A stretch of DNA of 64,000 bases. Source: the human T2T-CHM13v2.0 reference genome, Homo sapiens. The position numbers and the translations under genes were made by a program. Shown piece after piece: positions 46,836 to 59,251 of the stretch. Every line of letters begins with the position of its first letter. Positions within the stretch are counted from its first letter, which is position 1. The notes below the pieces were generated by a model. That model was not told the origin of the DNA. It ran no database searches and saw only the letters and a list, made by a program, of their open reading frames with translations. The DNA is taken from positions 10,976,001 through 11,040,000 of the forward strand of contig CP086569.2 in assembly GCA_009914755.4 (NCBI GenBank), given 5' to 3'.

Positions 46836-47230
46836 ATTCCTTTCCATTCCATTCCATTTCATTCCATTACATTCTACTGCACTCCTATCCACTCCAATCA
46901 ACTCCACTCCACTCCACTACGTTCCTTTTTGTTCCTTTCTAATCCATTCCATTCCATTCCTTTCCATCTTGTTCCATTCCATTCCACTCCACTCCATTCC
47001 ATTCCACTCCATTCCACTCTACTCCACTCCACTCCACGCCCCTCACTCCAATCCACTCCATTCCATTCCATTCCACTGAATGCTGTTCCACTCCACTCAA
47101 TTTCACTCCACTCCACTCCGATCCATTCAGTTCCATTCCATTCCATTCCCGTCCACTGCATTCCATTTCACTACACTCCATTCCACTCGTCTTCATTTTA
47201 TTCCATTCTACTGCATTCCTTTCTATTCCG

Positions 47231-47306
47231 TTATTTTGACACTATCTCACATTATCACCCAGACTGGAGTGCAGTGGCACCAACTTAGCTCATATTTCAT
47301 TTCACC
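47231..47306 (-). mobile_element. Alu 3'-end-derived fragment, subtype A
   Basis: ttattttgacactatctcacattatcacccagactggagtgcagtggcaccaacttagctcatatttcatttcacc. Confidence 0.75.
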
Positions 47307-47606
47307 ATTCCATTCCATTCCATTCTATTCCATTCCATTCCATTCCATTCCATTCCATTCCATTCCATTCCATTGCATTCCTTTAAATTCCACACCATTG
47401 CATTCCACTCCACTCGACTCCATTCCACTCCGGTCCACTCCACTCCATTCCACTCCACTCCAATCCTTTCCTTCCATTCCATTCCATTCCATTCCATTCC
47501 ACTGCACTCTTATCCACTCCACTCCACTCCACTACATTCTGCTCTGTTCCATTCTGTTCCAGTGTACACCATTCCATTGCATTCTACTCCACGCCATTCC
47601 ATTCCT

Positions 47607-47682
47607 TTATTTTGAATGGATCTCACTGTGTCACCCAGACTGCAGTGCAGTGGCCCAATCTTGACTGACATTTCATTCACCA
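47607..47682 (-). mobile_element. Alu 3'-end-derived fragment, subtype A; starts ~510-bp tandem monomer
   Basis: tttattttgaatggatctcactgtgtcacccagactgcagtgcagtggcccaatcttgactgacatttcattcacc. Confidence 0.75.
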
Positions 47683-48119
47683 TTTCATTCCATTCCATGG
47701 CATCTTATTCCATTCCATTCCATTCCATTCCATTCCATTCCATTCCATTCCATGGCATTGCATTCCGTTCCTTTCCACTGCCCTCCCATGCACTCCACTC
47801 AACTCCACTGCACTTCAGTCTATTTCACACCATTCCTTTTCGTTCCATTCCGTTCCAATTCATTCCGTTGCATTCCACTCCATTCCATTCCTCTCCATTT
47901 CATTCCATTCCACTACATTCCATTCCATTCCACTCTATTCCTCTCCATTCCATTCCAATCCTCTCCATTCGTTTCATTCCATTCCATTCCTTTCCATTCC
48001 ACTGCACTCCAATCCACTCCACTCAGTTCCACTCCACTGCACTGCACTACACTCTGTTCCATTCCGTTCCCTTCCGGTCCACACCATTCCAATGCATTCT
48101 ACTCCATGTTATTCCATTC

Positions 48120-48196
48120 CTTTATTTTGAATGGTTCTCACTGTGTCACCCAGCCTGGAGTGCAGTGGCACAATCTTAGCTGACATTTCCTTCAGC
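48120..48196 (-). mobile_element. Alu 3'-end-derived fragment, subtype A; starts next ~510-bp tandem monomer
   Basis: ctttattttgaatggttctcactgtgtcacccagcctggagtgcagtggcacaatcttagctgacatttccttcagc. Confidence 0.75.
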
Positions 48197-48512
48197 ATTC
48201 CATTCCATTCCATTCCATGGCATTCCATTCCATTCCTTTCCACTGCACTCCCTTGCACTCCACTCAACTCCAATTCACTTCACTCTACTTCACACCCTTC
48301 GTTTCGGTTCCATTCCATTCCGATACTTTCCATTCCATTCCTCTCCACTTCATTCCATTACACTCCATTCCATTCGATTCCACTACATTCCATTCCATTT
48401 CACTCCATTCCACTCCATTCCACTTCACTTGATTCCACTCTACTCCATTCAACTGCACTACACTCCATTCCACTGCTTTCCATTCCACTCCAATCCATTC
48501 CATTTTATTCCT

Positions 48513-48586
48513 TTATTTCGACTGAATCTCACGTGTCACCCAGACTGGAGTGCCGTAGCCCAATCTTAGCTCATATTTCATTAACC
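48513..48586 (-). mobile_element. Alu 3'-end-derived fragment, subtype A
   Basis: tttatttcgactgaatctcacgtgtcacccagactggagtgccgtagcccaatcttagctcatatttcattaacc. Confidence 0.75.
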
Positions 48587-48902
48587 ATTCCATTGCATAA
48601 CATTCCATTCCATTCCATTTCATTCCATTGCATTCCATTCCATTCCGTTCCATTCCAATGCACTCTGAACCACTGCACTGAGCTCCTTTCCACTCTCCTC
48701 TACTCCGTTCTATTCCATTCCATCCTGTTCCATTCAATTCTGCTCCACTCCACTGCATTCCATTCCACTTCATTCCACTCCACTCCTATCCACTTCACTC
48801 CATTCCCCTCCACTCCACTCCATTCTATTCCTTTTCATTCCTTTCCATTCCATTCCAATGCAGACCATTACATTACATTCTACTCCATTCCATTCCATTC
48901 CT

Positions 48903-48976
48903 TTATTTCGACAGGTTCTCACTCTGTCACCCAGACAGGAGTGCAGTGGCCCAATCTTAACTCACATTTAATTAAC
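48903..48976 (-). mobile_element. Alu 3'-end-derived fragment, A/B mixed
   Basis: tttatttcgacaggttctcactctgtcacccagacaggagtgcagtggcccaatcttaactcacatttaattaacc. Confidence 0.75.
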
Positions 48977-49447
48977 CATTCCATTCTTTTCCATTCTATT
49001 CCATTCCATTCCATTTCATTCTATTGTGTTCCCTTCCATTCCATTCCATTCTATTGCGTTCCCTTCCATTCCTTTGCAGTCTGATGCACTCCATTCAACT
49101 CCACTCCATTCTTCTCCATTCCTTTACGTTCCATTCCATTGCATTCCGTTCTGTTCCATTCCACTCCAATCCATTGCGTTCCATTCCACTCCACTCCATT
49201 CCATTCCTCTCCATTCCTTTGCATTTCACTCCTTTCCACTTCATTCCAGTCCACTCCACTCCTCTCCACTCCACTCCACTCCATTCCTTTCCATTCAATT
49301 CCCCTGCACTCCAATCCACTCCACTCAAATTCACTCTATTCCACTCCGTTCCGTTCCATTCCGCTCTGTACCATTCCACTCCATTCCACTTCACCCTTCT
49401 CCAATCCACTCCACTCCATTCCTTCCCATTCTGTTCGATTCCATTCC

Positions 49448-49524
49448 TTTATTTTGATGGGATCGCACTCTGTCACCCAGACAGGAGTGCAGTAGCCCAA
49501 TCTTAGCTCACATTTCATTTCACC
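49448..49524 (-). mobile_element. Alu 3'-end-derived fragment, subtype A
   Basis: tttattttgatgggatcgcactctgtcacccagacaggagtgcagtagcccaatcttagctcacatttcatttcacc. Confidence 0.8.
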
Positions 49525-49809
49525 AATCCGTTCCATCCCATTGCATTCCACTCCGTTCCATTCCACTCCACTACACTGCACTCCATTCCATTCCATTCCA
49601 CTCCATTCTACTCCACTCCACTGCACTGCACTCCACTCCACTCCATTCCATTCCATTTCGTTCGACTGTACTCTCATCCACTCCACTCAACTTCACTCCA
49701 CTCCACTCAACTCCGTTCCATTTTGTTCCCTTCCTTTCCATTCCATTCCTCTCCATTCCATTCCACTCCACTCCATTCCATTCCATTCTACTCCATTTCT
49801 TTCCATTCC

Positions 49810-49886
49810 TTTATTTCAACTGGATCTCACTCTTTCAACCAGAATGGAGTGCAGTGGCACAATCTTAGCTCACATTTCATTTCACC
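49810..49886 (-). mobile_element. Alu 3'-end-derived fragment, subtype A
   Basis: tttatttcaactggatctcactctttcaaccagaatggagtgcagtggcacaatcttagctcacatttcatttcacc. Confidence 0.8.
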
Positions 49887-50436
49887 ATTCCATTCCATTC
49901 CTTTCCACTCCATTCCTTTCCACTCCTGTCCACTCCATTGCATTCTGTTCCATTGCATTCCATTCCACTGCCCTCCTGCCCACTCCACTCAAGTCCACGC
50001 CACTCCTGTGCATTTATTTCCATTCCGTTTAATTCCATTCCATTCCGTTCCATTCCATTCCATTCCATTCCACTCCTTTCTATTCCACTTCTCTCCATTC
50101 CACTCCACTCCATTTCATTCAATTCAACTCCTTTCCACTCGACTCCACTGCATTCCACTCCTTTTCTTCCTGTTCCACTCCACTCCATTCCACTCCCCTT
50201 GATTCTATTCCACTCCATTCCATTCAACTCCAAACCACTCCACTCCACTCCATTCCGTTCCCCTCCACTTCACTCCTTTCTAATCCATTCTATTCAAATT
50301 CTCTCCATTCCATTCCTTTCCATTAAACTCCATTCCACTCCACTCCATTCCAGTCCACTCCACTCCATTCCACTCCATTCCATTCAATTACACTCCACTC
50401 CTTTCCATAACAGGCAACTCTGTTCCATTCCATTTC

Positions 50437-50512
50437 TTTATTTCGACTGGATCTCACTTTGTCATCGGACTGAAGTGCAGTGACACAGTCTTAGCTCACT
50501 TTTCATTTCACC
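50437..50512 (-). mobile_element. Alu 3'-end-derived fragment, subtype A
   Basis: tttatttcgactggatctcactttgtcatcggactgaagtgcagtgacacagtcttagctcacttttcatttcacc. Confidence 0.75.
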
Positions 50513-50886
50513 TTTACAACCCATTCCTTTCCATTGCATTCCATTCCATTGCATTCCATTCCATTCCATTCCACTGCACTCTGATCCACTCCACTCCACT
50601 CCACTACAGTCAATTCCATTCCCTTCCACTCCATTCGATTTCACTACATTCCATTCCATTCCACTCCACTGCATTCCACTCCACCCCATTCCATTCCACT
50701 CTAAACACTCCAAGCCATTCCTTTCCCTTCCACTCCTTTCCATAATATTCCATTCCAATCCATTCCAGTCCATTTCACTCCACTCGATTCCACTCCAATC
50801 CAATCAACTCCACTTCCCTCCATTCCACTGCATTCCATTCCACTCCAATCCATTACATTCCATTCTACTCTATTCCATTCCATTCC

Positions 50887-50936
50887 TTTATCTCGACTGA
50901 ATGTCTCTGTGTCACCCAGACAGGAGTGACATTTCA
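50887..50936 (-). mobile_element. Internally deleted copy of Alu-derived fragment
   Basis: tttatctcgactgaatgtctctgtgtcacccagacaggagtgacatttcactcc; central GCAGTGG..AGCTCAC portion missing. Confidence 0.55.
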
Positions 50937-51006
50937 CTCCATTCCATTTCATTCTTCTCCAATCAACTCCACTCCATTTCATTCCATTCTATTCCATTCC
51001 ATTCCT

Positions 51007-51082
51007 TTATTTTGACGGGATCTCACTCTGTCACCCAGAGAGGTGTGCACTAGCACAATCTTAGCTCACATTTCCTTTCACC
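51007..51082 (-). mobile_element. Alu 3'-end-derived fragment, subtype A
   Basis: tttattttgacgggatctcactctgtcacccagagaggtgtgcactagcacaatcttagctcacatttcctttcacc. Confidence 0.75.
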
Positions 51083-51378
51083 AATCCATTCCAACCCATT
51101 GCATTCCTCTCCATTCCATTCCACTCCACTCCACTCCATTCCATTCCATTCCACTCCATTCCACTCCACTCCACTGCACTCCACTCCATTCCATTCCATT
51201 TCATTCCACTGCACACCGATCCACTCCACTCAAATTCACTCCACTCCATTCAACTCTGTTCCATTCCATTCCCTTCCTTTCCATTTCATTACTCTCTTTT
51301 CCATTCCACTCGATTCCACTGCACTCCATTCCACTGCACTCCATTCCATTTCCTTCTACTCCATTCCTTTCCATTCCG

Positions 51379-51454
51379 TTATTTCAACTGGATCTCACTA
51401 TTTCAACCAGACTGGAGTGCAGTGGCATAATCTTTGCTCACATTTCATTTCACC
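51379..51454 (-). mobile_element. Alu 3'-end-derived fragment, subtype A
   Basis: ttatttcaactggatctcactatttcaaccagactggagtgcagtggcataatctttgctcacatttcatttcacc. Confidence 0.75.
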
Positions 51455-51459
51455 ATTCC

Positions 51460-52555
51460 ATTCCATTACAATCCATCCCATTCCATTCCACTCCATTCCA
51501 TTCAACTCCAATCCACCCCACTCCACTCCACTCCATTCCATTCCACTCCAGTCCACTCCATTGCATTCCGTTCCATTCCATTCCATTCCAGTGCACTCCT
51601 ATCCACTCCACTCAACTCCATGCCACTCCACTGCGTTTCTTTCGATTCTGTTCCATTCCATTCCATTCCATTCCATTCCATTCCATTCCATTCCATTCCA
51701 ATCTTTTCCATTCCACTTCACTCCATTCCCCTTCATTCCATTCCACTCTATTCCTCTGCATATCACTCTATTCCACTTCATTCCACTCCACTCCATTCAA
51801 CTCCACTCCTTTCCATTCCATTCAATTCCCCTGCACTCTAATCCACTCCACTCAAATTCACTCCACTCCATTCCATTCCATTCCATTCCATTCCATTCCA
51901 TTCCATTCCATTCCGTTCTGTTCTGTACCACTCCACTCTATTCCATTTCACAGTTCTCCATTCTCCTTCACTCCATTCCAATCCATTCTACTCCATTCCA
52001 TTCCTTTATTTCGATGCGTTCTCACTCTGTCACCCAGACAGGAGTGGAGTGGCCCAATCAGAACTCACATTTAATTATGCATTCCATTCTATTCCATTCC
52101 ATTCCATTCCATTCCATTCCATTCCATTCCATTCCATTCCATTCCACTCCATTCCATTCAACTCCAATCCACCCCACTCCACTCCATTCCATTCCACCCC
52201 AGTCCACTCCATTGCATTCCATTCCATTCCATTCCATTTCACTGCACTCCTATCCACTCCACTCAACACCACGCCACTCCAGAGCGTGTCTTTCCATTCC
52301 ATTCCATTCCATTCCATTCCATTCCATTCCATTCCATTCCAATCCATCCCATTCCATTCCACTCCATTCCATTCAACTCCAATCCACCCCACCCCACTCT
52401 TCTCCATTCCATTCCACTCCAGTCCACTCCATTGCATTCCGTTCCATTCCATTCCATTCCATTCCAGTGCACTCCTATCCACTCCACTCAACTCCATGAT
52501 ACTCCACTGCGTTTCTTTCGATTCTGTTCCATTCCATTCCATTCCATTCCATTCC
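51460..52555. repeat. ~215-bp block present three times (51461-51690, 52141-52320, 52340-52550)
   Basis: ccattcaactccaatccaccccactccactcc...cagtgcactcctatccactccactcaac(t/a)ccatg... recurring. Confidence 0.6.
52005..52078 (-). mobile_element. Alu 3'-end-derived fragment, subtype A
   Basis: tttatttcgatgcgttctcactctgtcacccagacaggagtggagtggcccaatcagaactcacatttaattatg. Confidence 0.7.
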
Positions 52556-53361
52556 ATTCCACTCCTTTCCATTCCACTTCACTCCATTCCATTTCATTCC
52601 ATTCCACTGCTTTCCATTCCATTTCACTCTATTCCACTCCATTCCACTCAACTGCAGTGCATTCCACTCCATTCCATTCCACTCCACTCCACTCCTTTCT
52701 ACTCCCGTCGATTCTATTCCACTCCATTCCATTCAACTCCAAACCACTCCACTCCACTCCATTCTGTTCCATTCCACTCCACTTCACTCCATTCCAATTC
52801 ATTCCATTCAATTACTCTCCATTCCATTCCATTCCGTTAAAATCCATTCCACTCCATTCCACTGCACTCCATTCCACTCCATTCCATTCCACTCCATTCA
52901 ATTCTATTGAGTTCTCTTCCATTCCATTGCACTCTGGTGCACTCCATTCAACTCCATTCCACTCTTCTCCTTTCCTTTCCTTTCCTTTCCATTCCATTGC
53001 ATTCCACTCCAATCCATTCCAATCCATTCCACTCCACTGCATTCCATTCCTCTCCATTCCTTTGCATTTCACTCCATTTCACTTCATTCCCCTCCTCTCC
53101 ACTCCACTCCACTCCATTCCATTCCATTCCATTACATTCCTCTCACTTCCATTCTATTCCACTCCATTCCATTCAACTCCAATCCACTCCACTCCACTCC
53201 ATTCCGTTCCACTCCACTCCTTTCCATTCCAATACATTACATTCAATTACTCTCCATTCCATTCCATTCCATTCCACTCCACTCCACTTCATTCCACTAC
53301 ATTCCTTTCCACTCCACTCCACTCCATTTCATAACTTGCAACTCCGTTCCATTCAATTCCC

Positions 53362-53436
53362 TTATTTTTACTGGATCTCACTTTGTCATCAGATTGAAGT
53401 TCATTGGCACAATCTTAGCTCACATTTTATTTCACC
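53362..53436 (-). mobile_element. Alu 3'-end-derived fragment, subtype A
   Basis: ttatttttactggatctcactttgtcatcagattgaagttcattggcacaatcttagctcacattttatttcacc. Confidence 0.7.
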
Positions 53437-53790
53437 ATTCCATTTCTTTCCATTCCATTCCACTACATTGCTTTCCATTCCAATGCACTCCGATCCACTC
53501 CTCTCAAGTCTGCTCCACTCCCGTCCATTCCATTCCTTTCCACTCCGTTCGATTCCACTACATTCCATTCCATTCCACTCCATTCCACTCCACTGCGTTC
53601 CACTCCACTCTACTGAACTCCAAGCTATTCCTTTCCATTCCACTCCTTTCCATGATGTTCCATTCCACTCCATTCCACTCCACTCGATTCCACTCGTACC
53701 CAAACAACTCCACTCCTCTCCATTCCACTGCATTCCATTCCACTCCAATTCATTACATTCCATTCTACTCCAATCCATTCCATTCCATTC

Positions 53791-53866
53791 TTTATTTCGA
53801 CTGAATCTCACAGTGTCTCCCCAAGTGGAGTGCCATAGCCCGATCTTAGCTCACATTTCATTAACC
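53791..53866 (-). mobile_element. Alu 3'-end-derived fragment, subtype A (retains CGATC CpG)
   Basis: tttatttcgactgaatctcacagtgtctccccaagtggagtgccatagcccgatcttagctcacatttcattaacc. Confidence 0.7.
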
Positions 53867-54201
53867 ATTCGATTGCATTCCATTCCATTCCATTCAATTT
53901 CGTTCAATTCCATTCCATTGTATTTCATTCCGTTCCATTGCACTCTCTTTCACTGCTCTGAACTACACTCCACTCCGTTTTATTCTTTTCCATCCCGTTC
54001 TATTCCATTACATTAAATACCTCTCTACTCCACTCCATTCCATTCCATTCCACTTCATCCCAATCCAATCCACTCCACTTCACTCCATTCCCCTCAACTC
54101 CACTCCATTCCATTCCATTCCATTCCATTCCGTTCCATTCCACTCCATTCCATTCCTTTCCAATGCAGACCATTCTATTCCACTCTACTCCATTCCATTC
54201 C

Positions 54202-54262
54202 TTTTTTTTCTATGGGTTCTCATTCTGTCACCAAGATAGGAGTGCGGTGGCCTTCATCAACT
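54202..54262 (-). mobile_element. 3'-truncated copy of Alu-derived fragment with 8-nt T-run
   Basis: ttttttttctatgggttctcattctgtcaccaagataggagtgcggtggccttcatcaactattcc. Confidence 0.55.
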
Positions 54263-54687
54263 ATTCCATTCCATTCCATTCCATTCCATTCCATTCCATT
54301 CCATTCCATTCCATTCCATTCCATGCTGTTGCATTCCCTTCCATTCCGTTGCACTCCGATCCACTCCATTCAAATCCACGCCACTCTTCTCCATTCCGTT
54401 CCATTCCGTTCCATTCCATTGTCTTCTATTCCATTCCACTCCACACCATTCCATTCCACTCTATTCTTCTGCATTTCACTGCATTCCACTTCATTCCACC
54501 CCACTCCACACCACTACACTCCATTCCATTGCATTCAATTCCCCTTCACTCCAATCTACTCCACTCAACTTCACTACACTCCACTCCATTCCATTGCATT
54601 CCATTCTTTACCATTCCACTCTATTCCATTTCACCCTTCTCCATTCTACTCCACTCCATTCCAATCCATTCTTCTCCGTTCCATTCC

Positions 54688-54764
54688 TTTATTTTGACGG
54701 GATCTCACTCTGTCACCCAGACAGGAATGCAGTGGCCCAATGTTAGCTCACATTTCATTTCACC
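54688..54764 (-). mobile_element. Alu 3'-end-derived fragment, subtype A
   Basis: tttattttgacgggatctcactctgtcacccagacaggaatgcagtggcccaatgttagctcacatttcatttcacc. Confidence 0.8.
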
Positions 54765-55574
54765 AATCCATTCTATCTCATTGAATACCACACCATTCCA
54801 TTGCACTCCACTCCATTCCATTCTACTGCACTCCACGCCACTCCTCTCCAATCCATTCCACTCCACTCTACTGCAATCCACTCCACTCCACTGCACTCCA
54901 CTCCACTCCATTCCATTCCATTTCATTCCACTACTCTCTGATCCACCGCACTCAACTTTACTCCCCTCCACTCCACTGTGTTCCATTCCGTTCCCCACGA
55001 CTCCATTCCATTCCACTCCACTCCACTACACTCCATTCCATTCCACTCCAGTCCACTCCACTGCATTCAGTTCCATTCCATTCCGTTCCACTGTACTCCG
55101 GTCCACTCCACTCAACTCCATGCCACTCCATTCCGTTTCTTTCCATTCCTTTGCATTACATTCCATTCCGATTCATTCCATTCCACTTCACTCCATTCCA
55201 CTCCATTCCTTTTCACTGCATTCCACTCCTTTCCACTCCATTGCACTTCATTTCTCTCCATTCCATTTCATTCCCCTCCACTCCACTCCATTACATTCCC
55301 CTCCATTCTATTCCACTCCACTCCATCACCTCCAATCCACTCCACTCACTCCACTCCATTCTGTTCCACTCCACTCCATTCCAATCCATTCCATTCAATT
55401 ACTCTGCTTTCCATTCCATTCCATTACACTACATTCCATTCCATTCCACGCCACTCCATTCCACTTCATTCCACTCCATTCCACTTCACTCCACTCCATT
55501 CCACTCAATTCCATTGCATTCCACTCCACTCCACTCCATTCGATATCATGCAACTCCGTTTCATTATATTCCTT

Positions 55575-55647
55575 CATTTCGACTGGATCTCACTTTGTCA
55601 CCAGACTGAAGTGCAGTGGCGGAATCTTAGCTCACATTTCTATTCAC
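55575..55647 (-). mobile_element. Alu 3'-end-derived fragment, subtype A
   Basis: catttcgactggatctcactttgtcaccagactgaagtgcagtggcggaatcttagctcacatttctattcacc. Confidence 0.75.
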
Positions 55648-56043
55648 CATTCCATTACATTCCAGTCCATTTCAGTGCATTCCATTCTACAATATTCCAT
55701 TCAATTCCACTGCACTTCGATCCACTCCACTCAACTGTGCTCCAGTCCATTCCATTCCATTCCATTCCATTCCACTCCATTCGATTACACTACATTCTCT
55801 TCCATTCCTTTTCATTTCACTCCACTGTATTCCCCTCCACTCCATTCCACTCCACTCCACTGCACTCCATGCCATTCCTTTCCATTCCACTCCTTTTCAT
55901 GATTTTCCATTCCACTCCATTCCACTCTATTCCACTCCTCTCGATTCCACTCGAATCCAGTCAACTCCACTCCTCTCAATTCCACTGCATTCCATTCCAC
56001 TCCAATCCATTACATTCCACTATACTGTATTACATTCTATTAC

Positions 56044-56117
56044 TTTATATCGAGTGATTCTCACTCTGTCACCCATACTGGAGTGCTGTGTCCAATCTTA
56101 GCTCACATTTCCTTAAC
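56044..56117 (-). mobile_element. Alu 3'-end-derived fragment, subtype A
   Basis: tttatatcgagtgattctcactctgtcacccatactggagtgctgtgtccaatcttagctcacatttccttaacc. Confidence 0.75.
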
Positions 56118-56422
56118 CATTCAATTGCATTCCATTCCATTCCATTCCATTTCATACCATTCCACTGCATTCCATTCCATTCCACTGCATTCCTACCCAC
56201 TCCACTGAATTCGACTCCACTCCACTCCAGTCCACTGCACTCCATTCTATTCTGTTCCATTCTGTTCCATTCCGTTATGTTCCATTCCACTCCACTCCAT
56301 TCTATTCCATTCCCATCTATTCCATTCCATTCCATTCCATTCCATTCCATTCCATTCCATTCCATTCCATTCCATTCCAATGCACACCATTACATTCCAT
56401 TCTACTCCATTCCATTCCAGTC

Positions 56423-56497
56423 TTTTATTTCGACGGGATCTCTCTCTGTCCCCAAGACAGGAGTGCAGTGGCCCAATCTTAGCTCTCATTTCATTAA
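56423..56497 (-). mobile_element. Alu 3'-end-derived fragment, subtype A
   Basis: ttttatttcgacgggatctctctctgtccccaagacaggagtgcagtggcccaatcttagctctcatttcattaacc. Confidence 0.75.
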
Positions 56498-57057
56498 CCA
56501 TTCCATTCTATTCCATTCCTTTCCTTTGCATTCCTTTCCATTCCATTCTTTTGCATTATCTTCCATTCCACAGCACTCCTATCTACTCCATTCAACTCCA
56601 CTCCTCTCTTCTCTACTCTGTTCCGTTCCTTTCCACTTCATTCCATTCCATCCCATTCTACTCCATTCCATTCCATTCCATTCCACTCGACTCCATTCCA
56701 TTCCACTCCATTCCTCTCAATTTCACCCCATTCCACTTCATTCCACTCCACTCCCCTCCACTCCATTCCATTCCACTCCATTCCATTCCCCAGCACTCCA
56801 ATCCACTGCACTCAACTTCACTCCATGCCACTCCATTCCACTACATTCTATTCTACTCCATTCCACTCCACTCCATTCCATTCCACTCCATTTCACTCCA
56901 CTTCAATCCATTCCACTCTTCTCTACTCCACTTCATTAGATTCTATTCCACTCCACTCCACTCCACTCCATTCCATTCCATTCCACTCCATTGCATTCCA
57001 CTCTACTCCATTCCACTCCACTCCTTTCCATTACATTCTATTCCATGCTGTTCCATT

Positions 57058-57136
57058 CCTTAATTTCGATTGGATCTCACACTGTCACCCAGACTGGAGT
57101 GCTGCAGCAAAATCTCAGTTCAAATTTCATTTCACC
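57058..57136 (-). mobile_element. Alu 3'-end-derived fragment, subtype A
   Basis: cttaatttcgattggatctcacactgtcacccagactggagtgctgcagcaaaatctcagttcaaatttcatttcacc. Confidence 0.75.
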
Positions 57137-57336
57137 ATTCCATTGCATTCCAATCCATTCCACTCCACTCCACTCCACTGCATTTCATTCCACTCCACTC
57201 CACTCCATTCCATTCCATTCCATTTTACTGCACTCCAATCCAATCCACTGAACTCCACTCCACTCCATGGCACTCCACTCCGTTCCTTTCCCTTCTGTTC
57301 CACTCCATTCCATTCTACACCATTGCATTCCATTCC

Positions 57337-57412
57337 TTTATTTTCAGTGGATCTCACTCTGTCACTCAGAATGAATTGCAGTGCCCCAATTTTAGCTCAC
57401 ATTTCATTCACC
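57337..57412 (-). mobile_element. Alu 3'-end-derived fragment, subtype A
   Basis: tttattttcagtggatctcactctgtcactcagaatgaattgcagtgccccaattttagctcacatttcattcacc. Confidence 0.75.
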
Positions 57413-58619
57413 ATTCAATTCCATTCCGTTCCATACAATTCCTTTGAATTCCATTCATTCCACTGAATTCTCATACAGTCCAATCACCTCCACTCCACTC
57501 CTCTCTGTTCCATTCCTTTCTGCTCCATTCACTTCCATTCTTTTCCATTCCATTCCACTCCAATGCATTCCATTCCACTCCATTGCACTACAGTCCACTC
57601 CAGTCCACTCCACTGCACTCCATTCCATTCCATTCAACTACATTTTGATTCACTCTCTTCAACTTTACTACACTACTCTCCACTCCACCCAAATCCACTC
57701 CATTCCCTCCACTCCACTAAAGTCTACTTCATTCAACCGCAGTCCACTCCATTCCATTCCTTTCCATTCCATTCTATTCCATTCCACTCCCCTGCAGTCC
57801 TCTCCACTCAATTCCCTTCCATTCCACTACAGTCCCCTCCTTTCCATTCCACAGCACACCAATCCCCTCCACTCAACTCTTCTCCACTCCACTTTGCTCT
57901 ACTCACTTCTGTTACTTTCCATTCCATTACATTCCATTCTTTCCATTACACCAGTCCATTCCACTGCATTCCATTCCATTCCATTCCATTCCACTGCACT
58001 CCGATCCACTCCACTCAACACCATGACACTCCATTCCACTTGAATCCATTACGCTCTGTTCCATACTATTCCATTACATACCATTCCATTCCACTGCACT
58101 CCATTCTAGTCCACTCAACTCCATTCCAATCCATTCCACGCAATTCCACTCCATTACTTTCCATTCCATTCCACACCATTCCACTCCATTCCATTCCACC
58201 CTATTCCAATCTATTCCACTCCCATCCATTCCACTCCACTCCACTCAATTCCACTCAAGTCCACTCCATTGCATTCCATTCCTTTCCATTTGACTCCACT
58301 GCATTCCGATCCACTCCACTCAACTTCAATCCATTCTACTCCACTCCACTCTGTTCCATTTGATTCCATTCCATTCAGTTCCATTCCATTCCATTCCATT
58401 CCATTCCATTCCATTCCATTTCATTCCATTTAACTCGAATCCATTCCATTCTGATCCATTCCATTCCACTCCACTCCACTGTACTCCACTGCATGCCATT
58501 CCATTACATTCAATTCCATTCCAATGCATTCTGAGCCACTCCACTCCACTCCACTCCACTCCATTCCATTCCTTTCCCTTCCATTCCGTTCCTTTCCATT
58601 CCTTTCCACTGCATTCCAT

Positions 58620-59030
58620 TCCACTCCACTCCATTCCACTCCATTCCATTTCACTACATTCCATTCCATTCCACTCCACTCCATAGGACTCCACTCCTTC
58701 TATTCCATTCCAATCCACTCCATTCCATTCCATTCCAATCCAATCCACTCCATTCCGCTCCAGTCCATTCCAATCCACTCCGTTCCTCTCCAATCCACTC
58801 CAATCCACTCCATTCACTTCCATTCCACTCCACTCCATTCAACTCCATTCCATTTCACTACATTCCATTCCATTCCACTCCACTCCATAGGACTCCACTC
58901 CTTCTATTCCATTCCAATCCACTCCATTCCATTCCATTCCAATCCAATCCACTCCATTCCGCTCCAGTCCATTCCAATCCACTCCGTTCCTCTCCAATCC
59001 ACTCCAATCCACTCCATTCACTTCCATTCC
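58620..59030. repeat. Near-identical 204-bp tandem duplication
   Basis: ccataggactccactccttctattcc at 58681 and 58885; - strand ORF peptides at 58326-58838 and 58839-59042 share identical 67-aa stretch. Confidence 0.8.
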
Positions 59031-59175
59031 ACTCCATTTCATTCCATTCCATTACACTGTACTCAACTCCACTCCAGTCCACTCCACTCCTTTCCACTCC
59101 GCTCTACTCCGTTAGAATCCATCCAATTCCACTCCACTCCATTCCATTCCATTCTACTTCATTCCATTCAATTGC

Positions 59176-59251
59176 TTTATTTCAACTGTTTCTCACTCTG
59201 TCAAAAGAGTGGAGTGCTGTGGCACAATCTTAGCTCAGATTTCATTTCACC
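59176..59251 (-). mobile_element. Alu 3'-end-derived fragment, subtype A
   Basis: tttatttcaactgtttctcactctgtcaaaagagtggagtgctgtggcacaatcttagctcagatttcatttcacc. Confidence 0.75.

Larger units (their letters stand above)
47100..48520. repeat. Three tandem ~510-bp monomers
   Basis: units end in ...ttcctttattttgaatgg(a/t)tctcactgtgtcaccc; homologous interiors (ccatggcat..., ccactgcactccc(a/t)tgcactccactcaactcc...). Confidence 0.65.
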
